Shown piece by piece: positions 10,801-22,998 of a stretch of 64,000 bases of DNA. The notes under the pieces were generated by a model that was not told the DNA's origin, did no database searches, and saw only the letters and a program-made list of their open reading frames with translations. The stretch is taken from the NCBI GenBank assembly GCA_043228905.1, contig JBHGNT010000013.1, positions 9,238,001 to 9,302,000 of the forward strand, read 5' to 3'. The DNA comes from Azolla caroliniana. Lineage: Eukaryota; Plantae; Polypodiophyta. How positions within the stretch are numbered: position 1 is the stretch's first letter; each line of letters starts with the position of its first letter. A program made the translations under genes and the position numbers.

Positions 10801-13800
10801 TTTTTCTTTCATCTGTGGACATGTGTTCGGCCGGAATTCCTGTTGATAGAAATATCGTCATTTCGGAAATCCATTCATCCTCTTTTTCCTCATTCACTTC
10901 ATGTGCTTTTACTGCCTCAACCCGAAATAATTGAGTATCTGGAAAATCATCTTTAACCCCAACCGCTTCTTCTCCAGACTCAAGCCGACTGAGATAGTCA
11001 GCAATCACGTGCTGTGCTCCTGGTCGATGTATAATGTCGAATTCAAACTCTTGAAGCAATAACGTCCATCGGGCTAACTTGCCTGTCAATTCTTGTTTGG
11101 AAACTAGATACAGTAAAGCCGAATGATCCACATGAAATGTAAATTTCTTACCCAAAAGGTAATGTCGAAATTTGTTCACACTATATATCATTCCCAAAGC
11201 TTCTCTTTCGGTTGTTGAATAGTTTCTTTCGGCCGACGAAAGTTTTCTACTGGCATAGTATACCGGCCTATACCAGTTTGGTTCGGATAATTGCATTAAA
11301 GCACTGCCTATGGCAATGTCCGACGCATCGACGAAAACATGAAATGGTTTGTTCCAGTCCGGTGGTTGAACTACCGGAACCTTTGTCAGCATCTTCTTGA
11401 GACATTCGTATGCATCTTGTTCTATACTTGTCCATATAAAAGGAACTTTGTGTACTGCTGTATGTAACGGAATAGCAATGTCTGCTAGATATCTCATCAT
11501 TCTACTGTGCCACCGAATTTGACCCAAAAATCTACTTAGAGCTTTAGCATTTGTTGGTGGTGTTGCCTCAATAATTGCTTTAACTTTGTCTGGGTCCACT
11601 GCAATCCCTTCTTGACTGACAATATGCCCAAGTAATGTACCACTCATTACTCCGAATGCGCATTTGGCCGGATTTAAACTAAGACGCCCTTTTCGACATT
11701 TTTCTAAACATAGCCGTAAATGCTCAAAATGATCAGCTTTCCGACTATATACTGCAAAATCATCTAAAAACACCTGCATGAAAGCTGGAATATATTCCCC
11801 GAATATTTCCTGTATTACCCGCTGAAATGTAGCTGGAGCTGTTTTTAAACCGAACATCATGACTACTGCCACAAAGACACCCCATTCTGTGACGAAAGCT
11901 GTCTTTTCCTGATCTTCCGGATTCATCCGTACTTGGTTGTACCCACTGAACCCATCCAAGAAACTATAAATTTCATGTCCCGCTACTGCATCTAATATCC
12001 CATCTGTGAATGGCAATGGAAACGCATCCGTAATTGTTGCTGCATTCAATTTTCTGTAATCCACACATACGCGAATTTTCCCATTCTTTTTCGGGACTAC
12101 TACTATCGGACTCAGCCATGTTGATTTTTTGACGGGTCGAATAAATCCTACTTTTAAGAGTTTATCGATTTCTTCTTTTACTTTGATAGCATAATTCGGA
12201 TTCAACCTGTACCTGCGTTGTTGTACTGGCTTTGCATCTTTATGCAAATTGATTTGATGTTGACAAAAAGCGGGATCCAGACCTTTCATATCGTCAAACG
12301 ACCATGCAAAAACATCTTTATATTGTAATAGTAATGTTGTTAATGTCCGTTTGTTATTTACCGTCAAATCTCTAGCAATCAAGACTGTTTTTCTTTCAGC
12401 ATCCTCTACTCCTGCCAAATCGATTTCCTCCAATGCTGAGGCTTGCACTCTCTGAGATACCTTCATTTCCTTATCTGTAGCTTCTTGTTGCATTCGTATT
12501 TCTTTCATTGTTTGCTCATCGATTGGCACTTCTTCGTGTGAGTCTACATATGGTGTTAATGCTTGCAAAATATCTACCTCAAATAGAGGGATGATTTTTT
12601 GATTATCATCAAAATATTGACTTTCTTCTTCCTCGTCCAATCCTTCCATCATATTAACTGCTTCTGCATGTACAGGTAAACTCTGTTTGCTTGTTGTCAC
12701 TTTGTTGTGCGTCGGAATCCTGACCTTATTTTTTCCTTTCCTAAATGTTAGCACATTTTGTTTCCAATTTTGTTTAATATTAGCTGTCTTTAACCATGGT
12801 CTCCCCAATAACAAGGGGTATGCTCCCTGTGTTTCTAACTGCAAAATTACTGCCGAAATCTGAAAACTGTGTCCCCCGATTATTACATCCAGTTGTCGAA
12901 GCAACCCAATCGGTCGTACCGTACTTGTATCTGCCATTCGTAACCAAAACGGACATGCTTCCCATTCCGTGATTCCCAGTTTTTCACATGTAGTTTTGTT
13001 AATCACATTAACACCCGAGCCTCCATCTATAATCACATTTCCGATTTCTTGCCCGTAAAGTATTACCTTAATCGACGGATTCTGTTCATCCATGATCGAA
13101 GGGTTATTACTTGGCTGATTGTAGTGTACTGCTATTTGTTCGGAACCTTTATATGCAATTAATGCTGCCACTTTTTCTGTAAACCTTGGTACTAACTTAA
13201 GTAAGCCCGTAAGTGGCAATGACACTTGGCAATCAGCCAACAGTTTCCAAGTTTCTTCCTGGTCCTTATTCCCCAATGACTGTTGTACAGCGATGTCCTG
13301 GTCAATGTTATTGTCTTGTAACATTTGATTCACATTACTTTGATTTGCTTCATCCACCCATTCTTTTGCCGCCTTCCGAACTTCTTCCTGAATTTCCCAC
13401 TCTGATTGTTTGCTTTTGCTGCGTGTCGTTACTTGCTGAACTTCCGGTATTACCATATTAACTGCTGGACCCTTTCCTTTAACCGGACATTGATTAGCAT
13501 AATGGCCTAGTTGTCGACAAATGTAACAAGTGGGCACAAATGTTGCACTGGCCTCTCCATGTGCAAATTGCCCGTTATTAAATTGCTGCTCTTCATTACC
13601 ATTCGGGTTTTGTTGGTATTGACGTGTAGCTTTTGGTTTGTAAAATCTCTTGTTTTTATACCGATTCTGCCTAAATTGTTCAGTATTATCATTTGGTTGT
13701 GCTATATTGTGTGGTATCCCGAACTCCTGATTTGGCGGAAAATTACTCTGTTGAAACATTTGATTATTTTGTGGAACGGTTTGATTATTATGTTGAAAAG

Positions 13801-15076
13801 TCATATTACCCGGTTGAAATGCCGGATTTGATTGAAATGTAGAATTCGGTTGCACATTCGGACAGTTCTGTTGAAACCCTTGAAATGGTGGGTTACCTTG
13901 TTGGAAATTTTGATTATTGTGTTGAAAATATTGATTCGGATTCTGTACGAATGGTGGGTTGGATTGAGCAAAACCTGGTTGAAATGCTTGAGTCACTTGA
14001 GTGGGTTGCATATTTTGTTGTGAAAAGATCTGATTTGGCTGTAGAACCGGATTCTGTTGTACATTTTGCTGATTTTGTGAAAAATTATTATTTTGATAAC
14101 CATGGAACAGATTAGTGTTATTTTGGTAACCATTGTCAGCAAAAATTTGTCGTACTGACGTCGTAGTCTTATTAAGCAGATTATATTCACATTGTTCTAC
14201 GGAATGTAATTTTGAATGACATATTGTACAATGTGTTCTTAACGTACAGTCAATTGCCGAATGCCCCGTATTTAAACAAGTGGTGCATTGAACTGCTTGT
14301 CGAAATTGTAACTCCTCCATTGTTGGTAATGTACGGTGTAATGCCGACATGTCCATACTCTGAACATTGACCGGTGGTCGACCCATTTCTATTGCTTTAT
14401 CAATGACTTGTTCGATAGTCTGATTTCGAAAATCGAACACTTTCAATGTCGTTCTTAATGGTTCTTTTACAGCTTCTAGAAAGACTTCTTTTAATTCCTT
14501 ATCCGGAATCGGCCTTGAAATCTGAAGCTGTAAGTTCTGAAATCGTATCACAAACTGAGATACTGTTTCATTTTTTTCTTGATATAACGCATAAAATTGC
14601 GCAATCAAATCCTTCTGCGGAATTTGTTGATGAAATAATTGTAAAAATTTACTAGTTAACACTTCAAAGGATGGAAATCCTTGAAGACCGTTCTGCGCAA
14701 ACCAATTAGCGGAATATCCGTCTAATGATAAGACGAACTCATCGATTTTTGACTTATCTTCGGCATCTGCCGACAATCGCTGAGCTCCATGGTTAATTTC
14801 CCATGTCGTTAAGAAATCCCTAACATGTGCTTCCGCATCTGTTCCTTCCCGGAACTTAGAATAAGTATAAGGCATATCGTCCCAAATGTCGTAAAACGAT
14901 ACCTCTTCCGTCTGTTTTTCGTCTGAAGGTAATTGATCAGATAAGTCAGGAAGTTTCGACCACTTTGTGCTTGATTCCGGCTGTTCTTGCGCAAGGAACG
15001 CTTGCTGCACTACCTTCGTAACTGACCTTGTACGAGGGCGCTTACAACTGACCGGTGCCTCCTCTTCATACGACAT
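10595..15076 (-). CDS. Gag-protease-RT-RNase H polyprotein of element A (last ~65 aa out of frame)
   Basis: Three CCHC knuckles, IIDGGSGVN protease, KIRVCVDYRKLN / LDGFSGYNQ / FLDD RT, and VDASD..ERNYSTTERE RNase H. Confidence 0.95.
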   Translation of the reverse strand: MSYEEEAPVSCKRPRTRSVTKVVQQAFLAQEQPESSTKWSKLPDLSDQLPSDEKQTEEVSFYDIWDDMPYTYSKFREGTDAEAHVRDFLTTWEINHGAQRLSADAEDKSKIDEFVLSLDGYSANWFAQNGLQGFPSFEVLTSKFLQLFHQQIPQKDLIAQFYALYQEKNETVSQFVIRFQNLQLQISRPIPDKELKEVFLEAVKEPLRTTLKVFDFRNQTIEQVIDKAIEMGRPPVNVQSMDMSALHRTLPTMEELQFRQAVQCTTCLNTGHSAIDCTLRTHCTICHSKLHSVEQCEYNLLNKTTTSVRQIFADNGYQNNTNLFHGYQNNNFSQNQQNVQQNPVLQPNQIFSQQNMQPTQVTQAFQPGFAQSNPPFVQNPNQYFQHNNQNFQQGNPPFQGFQQNCPNVQPNSTFQSNPAFQPGNMTFQHNNQTVPQNNQMFQQSNFPPNQEFGIPHNIAQPNDNTEQFRQNRYKNKRFYKPKATRQYQQNPNGNEEQQFNNGQFAHGEASATFVPTCYICRQLGHYANQCPVKGKGPAVNMVIPEVQQVTTRSKSKQSEWEIQEEVRKAAKEWVDEANQSNVNQMLQDNNIDQDIAVQQSLGNKDQEETWKLLADCQVSLPLTGLLKLVPRFTEKVAALIAYKGSEQIAVHYNQPSNNPSIMDEQNPSIKVILYGQEIGNVIIDGGSGVNVINKTTCEKLGITEWEACPFWLRMADTSTVRPIGLLRQLDVIIGGHSFQISAVILQLETQGAYPLLLGRPWLKTANIKQNWKQNVLTFRKGKNKVRIPTHNKVTTSKQSLPVHAEAVNMMEGLDEEEESQYFDDNQKIIPLFEVDILQALTPYVDSHEEVPIDEQTMKEIRMQQEATDKEMKVSQRVQASALEEIDLAGVEDAERKTVLIARDLTVNNKRTLTTLLLQYKDVFAWSFDDMKGLDPAFCQHQINLHKDAKPVQQRRYRLNPNYAIKVKEEIDKLLKVGFIRPVKKSTWLSPIVVVPKKNGKIRVCVDYRKLNAATITDAFPLPFTDGILDAVAGHEIYSFLDGFSGYNQVRMNPEDQEKTAFVTEWGVFVAVVMMFGLKTAPATFQRVIQEIFGEYIPAFMQVFLDDFAVYSRKADHFEHLRLCLEKCRKGRLSLNPAKCAFGVMSGTLLGHIVSQEGIAVDPDKVKAIIEATPPTNAKALSRFLGQIRWHSRMMRYLADIAIPLHTAVHKVPFIWTSIEQDAYECLKKMLTKVPVVQPPDWNKPFHVFVDASDIAIGSALMQLSEPNWYRPVYYASRKLSSAERNYSTTEREALGMIYSVNKFRHYLLGKKFTFHVDHSALLYLVSKQELTGKLARWTLLLQEFEFDIIHRPGAQHVIADYLSRLESGEEAVGVKDDFPDTQLFRVEAVKAHEVNEEKEDEWISEMTIFLSTGIPAEHMSTDERKKLQYEVAIFVYLMTCCIIKERMEYGEGQYENLKNQPYEQSHIVELLAVITQEKQRPEKYGIAGYGGQR

Positions 15077-15111
15077 CCATTCGAATTGTTCTCTGCTTAA
15101 TTGCAGATGTA

Positions 15112-15124
15112 ACCGGGCGTGCCA
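15112..15124 (-). promoter_or_regulatory. PBS of element A (tRNA-Arg type)
   Basis: TGGCACGCCCGGT, 11 nt inside the 5' LTR, is complementary to ..ACCGGGCGTGCCA (plant tRNA-Arg 3' end as recalled). Confidence 0.7.
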
Positions 15125-15135
15125 AAATTCTTCTG

Positions 15136-15915
15136 TGTTAATCGGCTAATTACTAACTACTACCGATACAGAAGAGTGAACGTCGCTACTCAACGTTCTA
15201 ACAAGGAATTGTGTTTTACGAACGGATTTATACTATATTAATCGGTAATTACCGTGATCGTTACTTAGTTATAAATTAGGAAGCTTACACTTAAGATCAT
15301 AGACAATAGAAGGAACACAGAATCCGTACAAGATATTCCTAACTTAAACTTATATTACTAAATAAAACGACCTTTCTTACAATGCCTTCGGTTCCCTTTT
15401 ATAGGTATACCGAAGGTCTTTTCTCATCAAGAACTATTCCTACTTACTATCAAGATTTACAAAATCGGCTAATTACTAACTACTACCGATACAGAAGAGT
15501 GAACGTCGCTACTCAACGTTCTAACAAGGAATTGTGTTTTACGAACGGATTTATACTATATTAATCGGTAATTACCGTGATCGTTACTTAGTTATAAATT
15601 AGGAAGCTTACACTTAAGATCATAGACAATAGAAGGAACACAGAATCCGTACAAGATATTCCTAACTTAAACTTATATTACTAAATAAAACGACCTTTCT
15701 TACAATGCCTTCGGTTCCCTTTTATAGGTATACCGAAGGTCTTTTCTCATCAAGAACTATTCCTACTTACTATCAAGATTTACAAAATTATCTAACTAAC
15801 CTAGTTCTCTTCGTTTACTGCTAAGTCATTGATCCGAACAGTCGATCCGAACCGACTCTGTTTTCGACGCTTTCCCACTTGTTCGGTAAAACTGACTGTC
15901 CGGGTCCGGGTAACA
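15136..15915 (-). repeat. 5' LTR of element A (780 bp, includes a 323-bp tandem duplication)
   Basis: 15140-15462 is repeated at 15463-15785. The remainder matches 6218-6674. Confidence 0.95.
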
Positions 15916-18900
15916 GTAGTCGCCGAAGTTGCAGACCTGCAACAGGTTACCACAAGGTCAAAGGGCAAGGCGACAGAATGGGAGACACAAGAGGCCATCC
16001 GGAAGCAGGCAATGGAATGGGTGAAAAAGGCAAATAAGCGAAATATAGCAGAACTTACGTAGTAAAATGAGAACACTGAAGAGCTCGTCAGCGGTAGTCA
16101 GACTGAAAATGCGACATGGCAGGCATTGCAGGAGTGCCAAATCACGTTGCCATTAGGACGACTCCTGCAACTAGTGCCTAGATTCACAGAAGAACTCAAG
16201 ACAGGCATGACGGCAGGAGAAACACCACCGGCACCAACATTCTTCTCAAATCCGGAGGAGGAACCGGCGGTGGTAGACACAAACAGTCCGACGATCACAG
16301 CCATCATGAAGGGAAAGGAGTTACCCGGAATAGTAATAGATGGAGGATCCGATGTCAATGTGATTAGACTCCGAACATGCACAACCTTGGGAATCCAAGA
16401 GTGGGAACCATGCCCGTTCTGGCTACGAATGGCGGATACAAGCTCAGTGCGACCGATCGGCTTGATACGAGATTTGGAAGTAACAATCGACAGTCACATT
16501 TCGCATCTTGGCAGTAGTGCTACAATTACAGGCACAAGAAGCTTACCCGCTATTGTTGGGGAGGCCGTGGCTAAAAATGGTGCACATTAAACAAAACTAG
16601 AGGAAGAATATAATCACCTTCCGGCGGGGAAAAGCAAAAGTACGGGTACCGACACAACCACGGATGGGTACCGGGAAGAAATTGACACCCCTATATGCCG
16701 AATGTGTCAATATGCTAGACGGATTAGCAGATGAAGAGGTGGATCAATACTTGCAAGATAATCCGAAGATAGTACCTCTGTTCGAAATCGACGTAGCTGA
16801 AGTCGTATCACCATACATACTGCCACCGGACGGAGCAGACAAAGAACCAAATAAAGAAGTGATCCGGGAGCTACGGCAAGCACAAGAAGCACTGTAAAGA
16901 GAAATGGCCGTATCACAACGGGTTAAAGCATCCCAACTAGAGGAGGTAAATCTAGGGACTACGGAAGAGGCGAGACTGGTGGAGATAGCCAAGGAAATGA
17001 CTACGGAGAACAGAACAACGATGACTACACTTCTCAAAGAGTTTCGGGACGTGTTTGCTTGGTCCTACGAGGATATGAGAGGGCTCGATCCTCAACTGTA
17101 TCAGCATCAGATACATTTGAGCAAAGACGCCAAACCGGTAGCACAACGACGGTACCGGATGAATCCAAACTACGCCGCCAAAGTCAAGGAGGAAATTGAC
17201 AAGTTGTTGAGGGTTGGCTTTATCCGTCTTGTAAAGAAATCTACACGGCTGAGCCCGATAGTAGTCGTACCAAAGAAAAATGGCAAAATTAGAGTATGTG
17301 TCGACTACCGGAAGCTTAATGCGGCGACGGTAACTGATGCATTTCCACTTCCATTTACGGATGGAGTTTTGGACGCAGTTGCCGGCCATGAGGTATACAG
17401 TTTTTTAGATGGATTCAGCGGATACAACCAGATCCGGATGCACCCCGATGACCAGGAGAAAACGGCTTTCATCACTAAATGGGGAGTGTTTGTTGCCGTA
17501 GTGATGATGTTCAGACTAAAAACGGCGCTGGCAACGTTCTAGAGGATCATCATGGAAATATTCGGAGAATTCATACCGGCATTCATGTGGGTGTTCCTCG
17601 ACGACTTCGCCGTTTACAGCCGGGAAGGAGACCACCTTTAGCACCTCCGATTGTGTCTAGAAAAGTGTAGGGCTTACCGGCTAAGCCTGAATCCAGCGAA
17701 GTGTGTATTCGGCGTGTCTAGCGGAAGGCTACTAGGGCACATTGTGAGCAAGGATGGCATTGCCGTGGATCTGGACAAAGTAAAAGCAATCCTAGAGGCA
17801 CTGACACCAACAACGGTAAAGGCATTGAGCCGTTTCTTAGGCCAAATCCGTTGGCATAGCCGAATGCTCCGGTATTTGGCAGACCTAGCTACACCACTGC
17901 ATGCTGCGGTACACCGAACACCGTTCCAATGGACCGACACCGAAGACAAGGCGTACTGGGCACTCAAAGTTCTATTGTCGCAAGCGCCGGTACTGCAACC
18001 CCCGGATTGGGCGAAGGAATTTCATGTGTTCGTGGATGCGTCCGACATTGCAATCGGGAGTGCGCTGATGCAACTTACGGAGCCAAGATGGTACCGGCCC
18101 GTATATTACGCAAGCGGAAGTTATCCCAAGCCGAACGAAATTATTCCACCATGGAAAGGGAAGTTTTAGGCATGATCTACAACGTAACAAAATTCAGGCA
18201 TTATTTATTGGGAAGAAAGTTTTCCTTCCATGTAGATCATTCGACACTCCTCTACCTAGTGTCCAAAGCGTCACTTACCGGTAAGTTGGCCCAGTGGACT
18301 TTGCTATTACAAGAATTCGAATTCGAGATATTCCACCGACCCGGCCTACAGCATGCGGTAGCAGATTATTTAAGCTGGTTAGATTCCGGCGAAACTGGCG
18401 ACGGAGTACCGGACGAGTTTCCGGATGCTGAGCTATTTCGAGTCACCACGGAAACGGTAACAGATGAAACGGTGGCACCAGAAGATAAGTGGCTAACAAA
18501 TATGCACCAATTTCTGAGCACCGAATTGCCTCCGGAGGAGATGAACCGGGACGAGAGGAAACGCCTGGCGGTACAAAGCCGACACTTCTGTTTATTACGG
18601 GACATGCTATACCACAAAGGTGCGGACAGTATATGGCGACGAGCTGTGCGCAGCGACGAGAAAGAGGTAATACTATGGGAAGCACACTACGGAGTCGCCG
18701 GAGGCCATTATATCGGGGATGCTACGGTAAGGAAGATATGGCAAAGTGGCCTATGGTGGCTGACTACATTGAAAGACGTAGTCCGGTACGCGAAAGAGTG
18801 TGATCTATGCCAGAGAATGGGCCAGCCAACGGAACAAGCTAGGATGCCGCACCAGCCAGTACTACCGCTAGAACAACATTCTCTGCAGTGGTACACAAGC

Positions 18901-19502
18901 GCAGTACCCCTTATTATCCACAGGCCAATGGACTTGCCGAATCCACAAATAAAACGCTCCAGAACATCCTGTTAAAGATCGTCAATGAAAACTGGACATA
19001 TTGGGACACGAAGTTGCATAGTGCACTATGGGCATACCGGACGGCATACAAAATGAGTATCTGGTCAACACCATTCCGGTTGGCATTTGGGCTGGAAGCA
19101 GTAATGCTGATCGAATTTCAGGTTCCGAGTTTGTGGATACAGGTTAGAGAACGACTAAGTGAAAAGGAATCGGAAAACATCCGGTTAGCCGCATTATGTG
19201 AACTAGAAGAGCATCGGATAGCGAGTCTCATGCAGTTGGAACTGGAGCAGCGACGAAGGAAGGCGTTCGTCGATCGGCACTGGAAGGGCAATGAGAAGAT
19301 GTTCGGGATCGGCAAGCCGATACTCGTATTCCAGACCCGGATGGGTCAGATGCCGGGAAAGCTACGATTCCGGTGGACCGGACCGTATTGGATAACGCGG
19401 GAATTCAACGGTTCATACCAGCTCGGAATGCTCACTAGTGAGATAATGGACAAATGGGTCAATGGGTTTCGACTCAAACCATATTGTGGACCCATGCCAT
19501 AG
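15916..19502 (+). pseudogene. pol (PR-RT-RH-INT) of element B, with stops, frameshifts and an integrase-core deletion near 18875
   Basis: VIDGGSDVN, KIRVCVDYRKLN, FVDASDIAIG, PQANGLAE and GKLRFRWTGP in fragmented ORFs. The WGLDFVGP..SDQG segment is missing. Confidence 0.92.
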
Positions 19503-19818
19503 AATCCATTCGAACAGAAGGAGGATGATGCAATAGTAGGAAGCAGTAAACAAGTACCCGACAATCAGGCGGAGCTGGCGTTACCGAATAGCGACAAACA
19601 AATGGTTGGCAAACGTGAATATAGGGCAAAATTGGGATACGGACCTAGTGCTTCCGGTTAACTAAAAATCAACTGTGTAAAAAAAAGAAAAAAGAAAAGT
19701 CATCATGCATAGGCAAGGAGTGAACGGGCACTTTGAAAAGGTGTGGTGGGTGGCTAATTAAAGCCTCTTTAAAAACGCACCGCATGTCAACCGACTGCTA
19801 TATTAGTACAAGACGTCC

Positions 19819-22800
19819 ATGTGTGGGAATCGAGAAAAGGCACCACGTATGGAGAAAGAAAACCTCTGCCACGTAGAGTCCCTTTCATTTCGCGAACACA
19901 GAGTTCTAAGCGCACACAGGCGATTACGAGTGATCAGGCGAGAGCAAGCAAAACACACAGGCGCACTAATCCTACCACAACCTACCGACTTCAACGACGA
20001 CATGGAATGCATCTTAGTCTTAGAAGCGGCCAAGAAATGGCTTAAGCAACACGGCCTGGAGGGATTCTTGAGGATAGTCGAAGCACCGTCGCACGGAGAT
20101 GCGGAAAATGTCGTCAAAGACATCGACACGGAGGTCATCACCAAAGGAGCCATCTGAGCTCTGACTAGTTTACCAAAAGGGGGAATATACTCGATCGACA
20201 ACCCTTCACAAGAGTTGTTGACGAGGTATTTCGGAGAATACTCCCTGGGCATCAAGTCGTACCGCACGCAAGGCGGCGAAGACCTGTTGTTTCAGGAAAT
20301 TGCTTGTGTACGCCACGAGTATGGTCATGTATACCCCCGACCACCGGCTATGCCTAGGAATAGAGCCAATTTGATCATAGCCACCTACGAGGGAGTACAA
20401 ATGGATTGGCTGGTAATGATCACCGACGGCCTGAGCGTTGTCATCGTCTAAGTAAAAGATGGCAAAAAGATGTGGATAGCGGTAGCGCAATGGCTCACTC
20501 TGTTAGCACCACTGGTGGAGCCCATGAAACAAAGGAAGCGGGGAAGACCGACAGAATCAACCCCCAAAATAGCTTCAAAATGGCAGCAACTCATGGCTAC
20601 CCAAGCGATAGGCTGGAAGGAGGCCGACACTTCACAAAAGGCGAAGGAGTGGCCTAATCGGAAGCAGCTAGCAGAGAAGGAGGCATCGATGGACACCCCG
20701 GTTGCGCCAAACGAAACAACAAGCAAAACAGCAACTGGACAAACCGTAGGGGCAGAACCCCTTGGCGGCCTTAATCAATAGCAAGACCCTAGAGGAAGAA
20801 GAGTAGGAAGACGAGCCTACCGAGACTCTGATACATCGTCGCCACAAAGGGGAGACATCAAGTCCGATGGAGGACATTATACTGGAACCCCTCCTTGAGG
20901 AGCCGCAGCCAAGGAAGGTGTCAGAACTGGTTCAACAAGAATTGGTGATAAAGCAATTGATGCGGCAGGACATAGCAGAATTAGCGGTCCAGGACACGGT
21001 AGTATTGGTGGATCAAGAACCGGTCATTGAATTGATGGTGTCGTCGCCGCAGCAGCAATAGCCAAAACCGGAGCGGTCGCTTGACGTAACCATCCATAAT
21101 AGGCTCATGGCTAGTGAAGAAGCCATCCCACGACCAGAACCGGCACAACAACAAGGCACCGGCAGTCAATGCCTACGATGGATAGCAAAACAAGTGGCCG
21201 GGGTCATCTGCCAATTAGAAGCGGAAGAGAGAGCGCATGAAGACTGGTTGCTAGCCACAACCGAGGAATTAGATACAGCCCGGTCAAGAATCCAAAGCAT
21301 GGAGCAAGACATAGAGAAGGCCAGAATAGAAATGGCCAAGTTGCTCATAGAAGGACCACGGCAATCAGAACTAGTGGCTCCAGTAACTTTACAGAACAAT
21401 AAGACCCCGGTGACTGAAGCAGGCCCAAATACTAATAAAACGCTAGCACAAGACCTCGCCACATTACGGGAAGACATGGCAGCATAAGAAGCCTTACAAG
21501 CTAGGGAGCGAGAATTGAAAAAAGCGGCGGAGGAGGAACAAAGGAAGACGGACGACAGCCTCTGCCGAGCAGAGCAAACCTTGAGAAAAGGACATCAAGC
21601 GTATGACCGGCTGAAAGAAGAGAAAGAAAAACTCCTGCAAGAGAAAGAGAAACTCCGACGAACGGCAAAAGTAGAGATTGAGCGCCTCAAAGAGGAGCTC
21701 CGGCAACAAAAAGACCGAGAGGACCGTGCTCGCCGGCTAATCAATCAAAAGCTAAAACAAAAAACTAACAACTTCGACCGACTGCACCAGGATTATAAGC
21801 ATTTGGATGCTAATGATAAGAAATTGATTATTGAAAGTGACCGGCAGCAAGAAAAGTGCAGGGAACTCCGGGAGGAAGTTAACCAGACCGTGGCAGCCTT
21901 GGTAGAGGAACAGTCGAAGGGGGCTGAAGTAGCAAAATAACTGGCGGAAACGACGAAAGAACGGGTAGAGCTGACCCGATAGCACTCGGAGGCAACGGAG
22001 TGCGCTTCAATTGCTCTGAACAAAGTTCAGACGACCTATCATACCTAGCTCACGCACAACAAAAGCCAAGAAGTGGCAACCGTGAGCCTGACCAAACAAT
22101 TGAAGGACGAAAAATAGGCCGTGGAGACCAAGTCGAAGATGGGGCTGGGGCGAATCCGTGATCTGGTGCAGACATGGAGAGACCGGACAAAAAGACTGGT
22201 AGAAGAAAGTTTGGTTCAATGGTGATCTCAATGGGCTAAGCAGGCGGCAGAGTTACAATTGTTGCAATCGGATGCGGAGAACTGGCGAAAGAACGACGAC
22301 GATTTCTATAAATTGGACGAGGAAAACATTATTGCCATAAGGAAGGAATTGTCAGACGACTTCCTATCATTAGCTGGGGACCAATTGGCGACGGTGAGGC
22401 GATTGGTGGAGCAGTTGGACGACGACCAACTGGGTACACAACTCCAGCTCGAGCAGTATGAATGAGAACGGCGACGGCAAGAAGTGGTCCGAAGAACTGC
22501 AGCGATCAATATCAATGATGAAGAGCAGTCTTCGGAGCAGGCGCCAAATGAAGTCGGAACTGGGGGAAACCAGTCATATGTAACTCAGGAGGAGAAGACG
22601 AACATAACTCCGGAGGAGCAACCGAACATAACTCTGGAGGAGCAGCCGAAGGATGGAAACCGGCACACCGAAAACCAGCAGCAGTAGGAGCCCAACCCAA
22701 TAGAACCAGAACCGGAATCCTCGGGACCGGTAGAACCAGAGGGACCATTGGAACCGGAGAAACTAGAGGAGCAGGACCGGTAGAACCAGAACCAGAAGCC

Positions 22801-22947
22801 TCGGGACCGGTAGAACCGGAGAAACTAGAGGAGCAACAACAACAACAATAGTGGGAGCAAGAGCAGCAACCGAAGACAAAGCAGCTACCCGAGGAGCCTT
22901 TAGAACCCCTGGACCAAAGCATTCTGGACATTTTGGAAGAAGAGTAA
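19819..22947 (+). pseudogene. Degraded extra 3' ORF of element B
   Basis: WLKQHGLEGF, YFGEYS..KSYRTQGGED, QAAELQLLQSD and the terminal SILDILEEE* align with the element A extra ORF. Confidence 0.8.
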
Positions 22948-22957
22948 AGGTTGAACC

Positions 22958-22998
22958 GTGGGATTCGACGTACAAGGTACTGTCCCACCGGCGTGCCA
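22958..22998 (+). other. tRNA-like 3'-half motif occupying the PPT position of element B
   Basis: GTGGG ATTCGA C GTAC AAG GTAC TGT CCCAC CGGCGTG CCA, then TG and the LTR. Confidence 0.7.

Larger units (their letters stand above)
6218..15915 (-). mobile_element. Ty3/Gypsy element A (Athila/OTA-like), full length and young, with an extra 3' ORF
   Basis: TSD GTAGT (6213-6217 / 15916-15920), near-identical LTRs, gag-PR-RT-RH-INT order and RT motif VFLDDF. No chromodomain seen. Confidence 0.95.

Noticed and set aside
22958-22998. Bona fide tRNA gene
   Set aside because: Only a T-arm/acceptor 3' half is present, with an inserted hairpin and encoded CCA. There is no D or anticodon arm.
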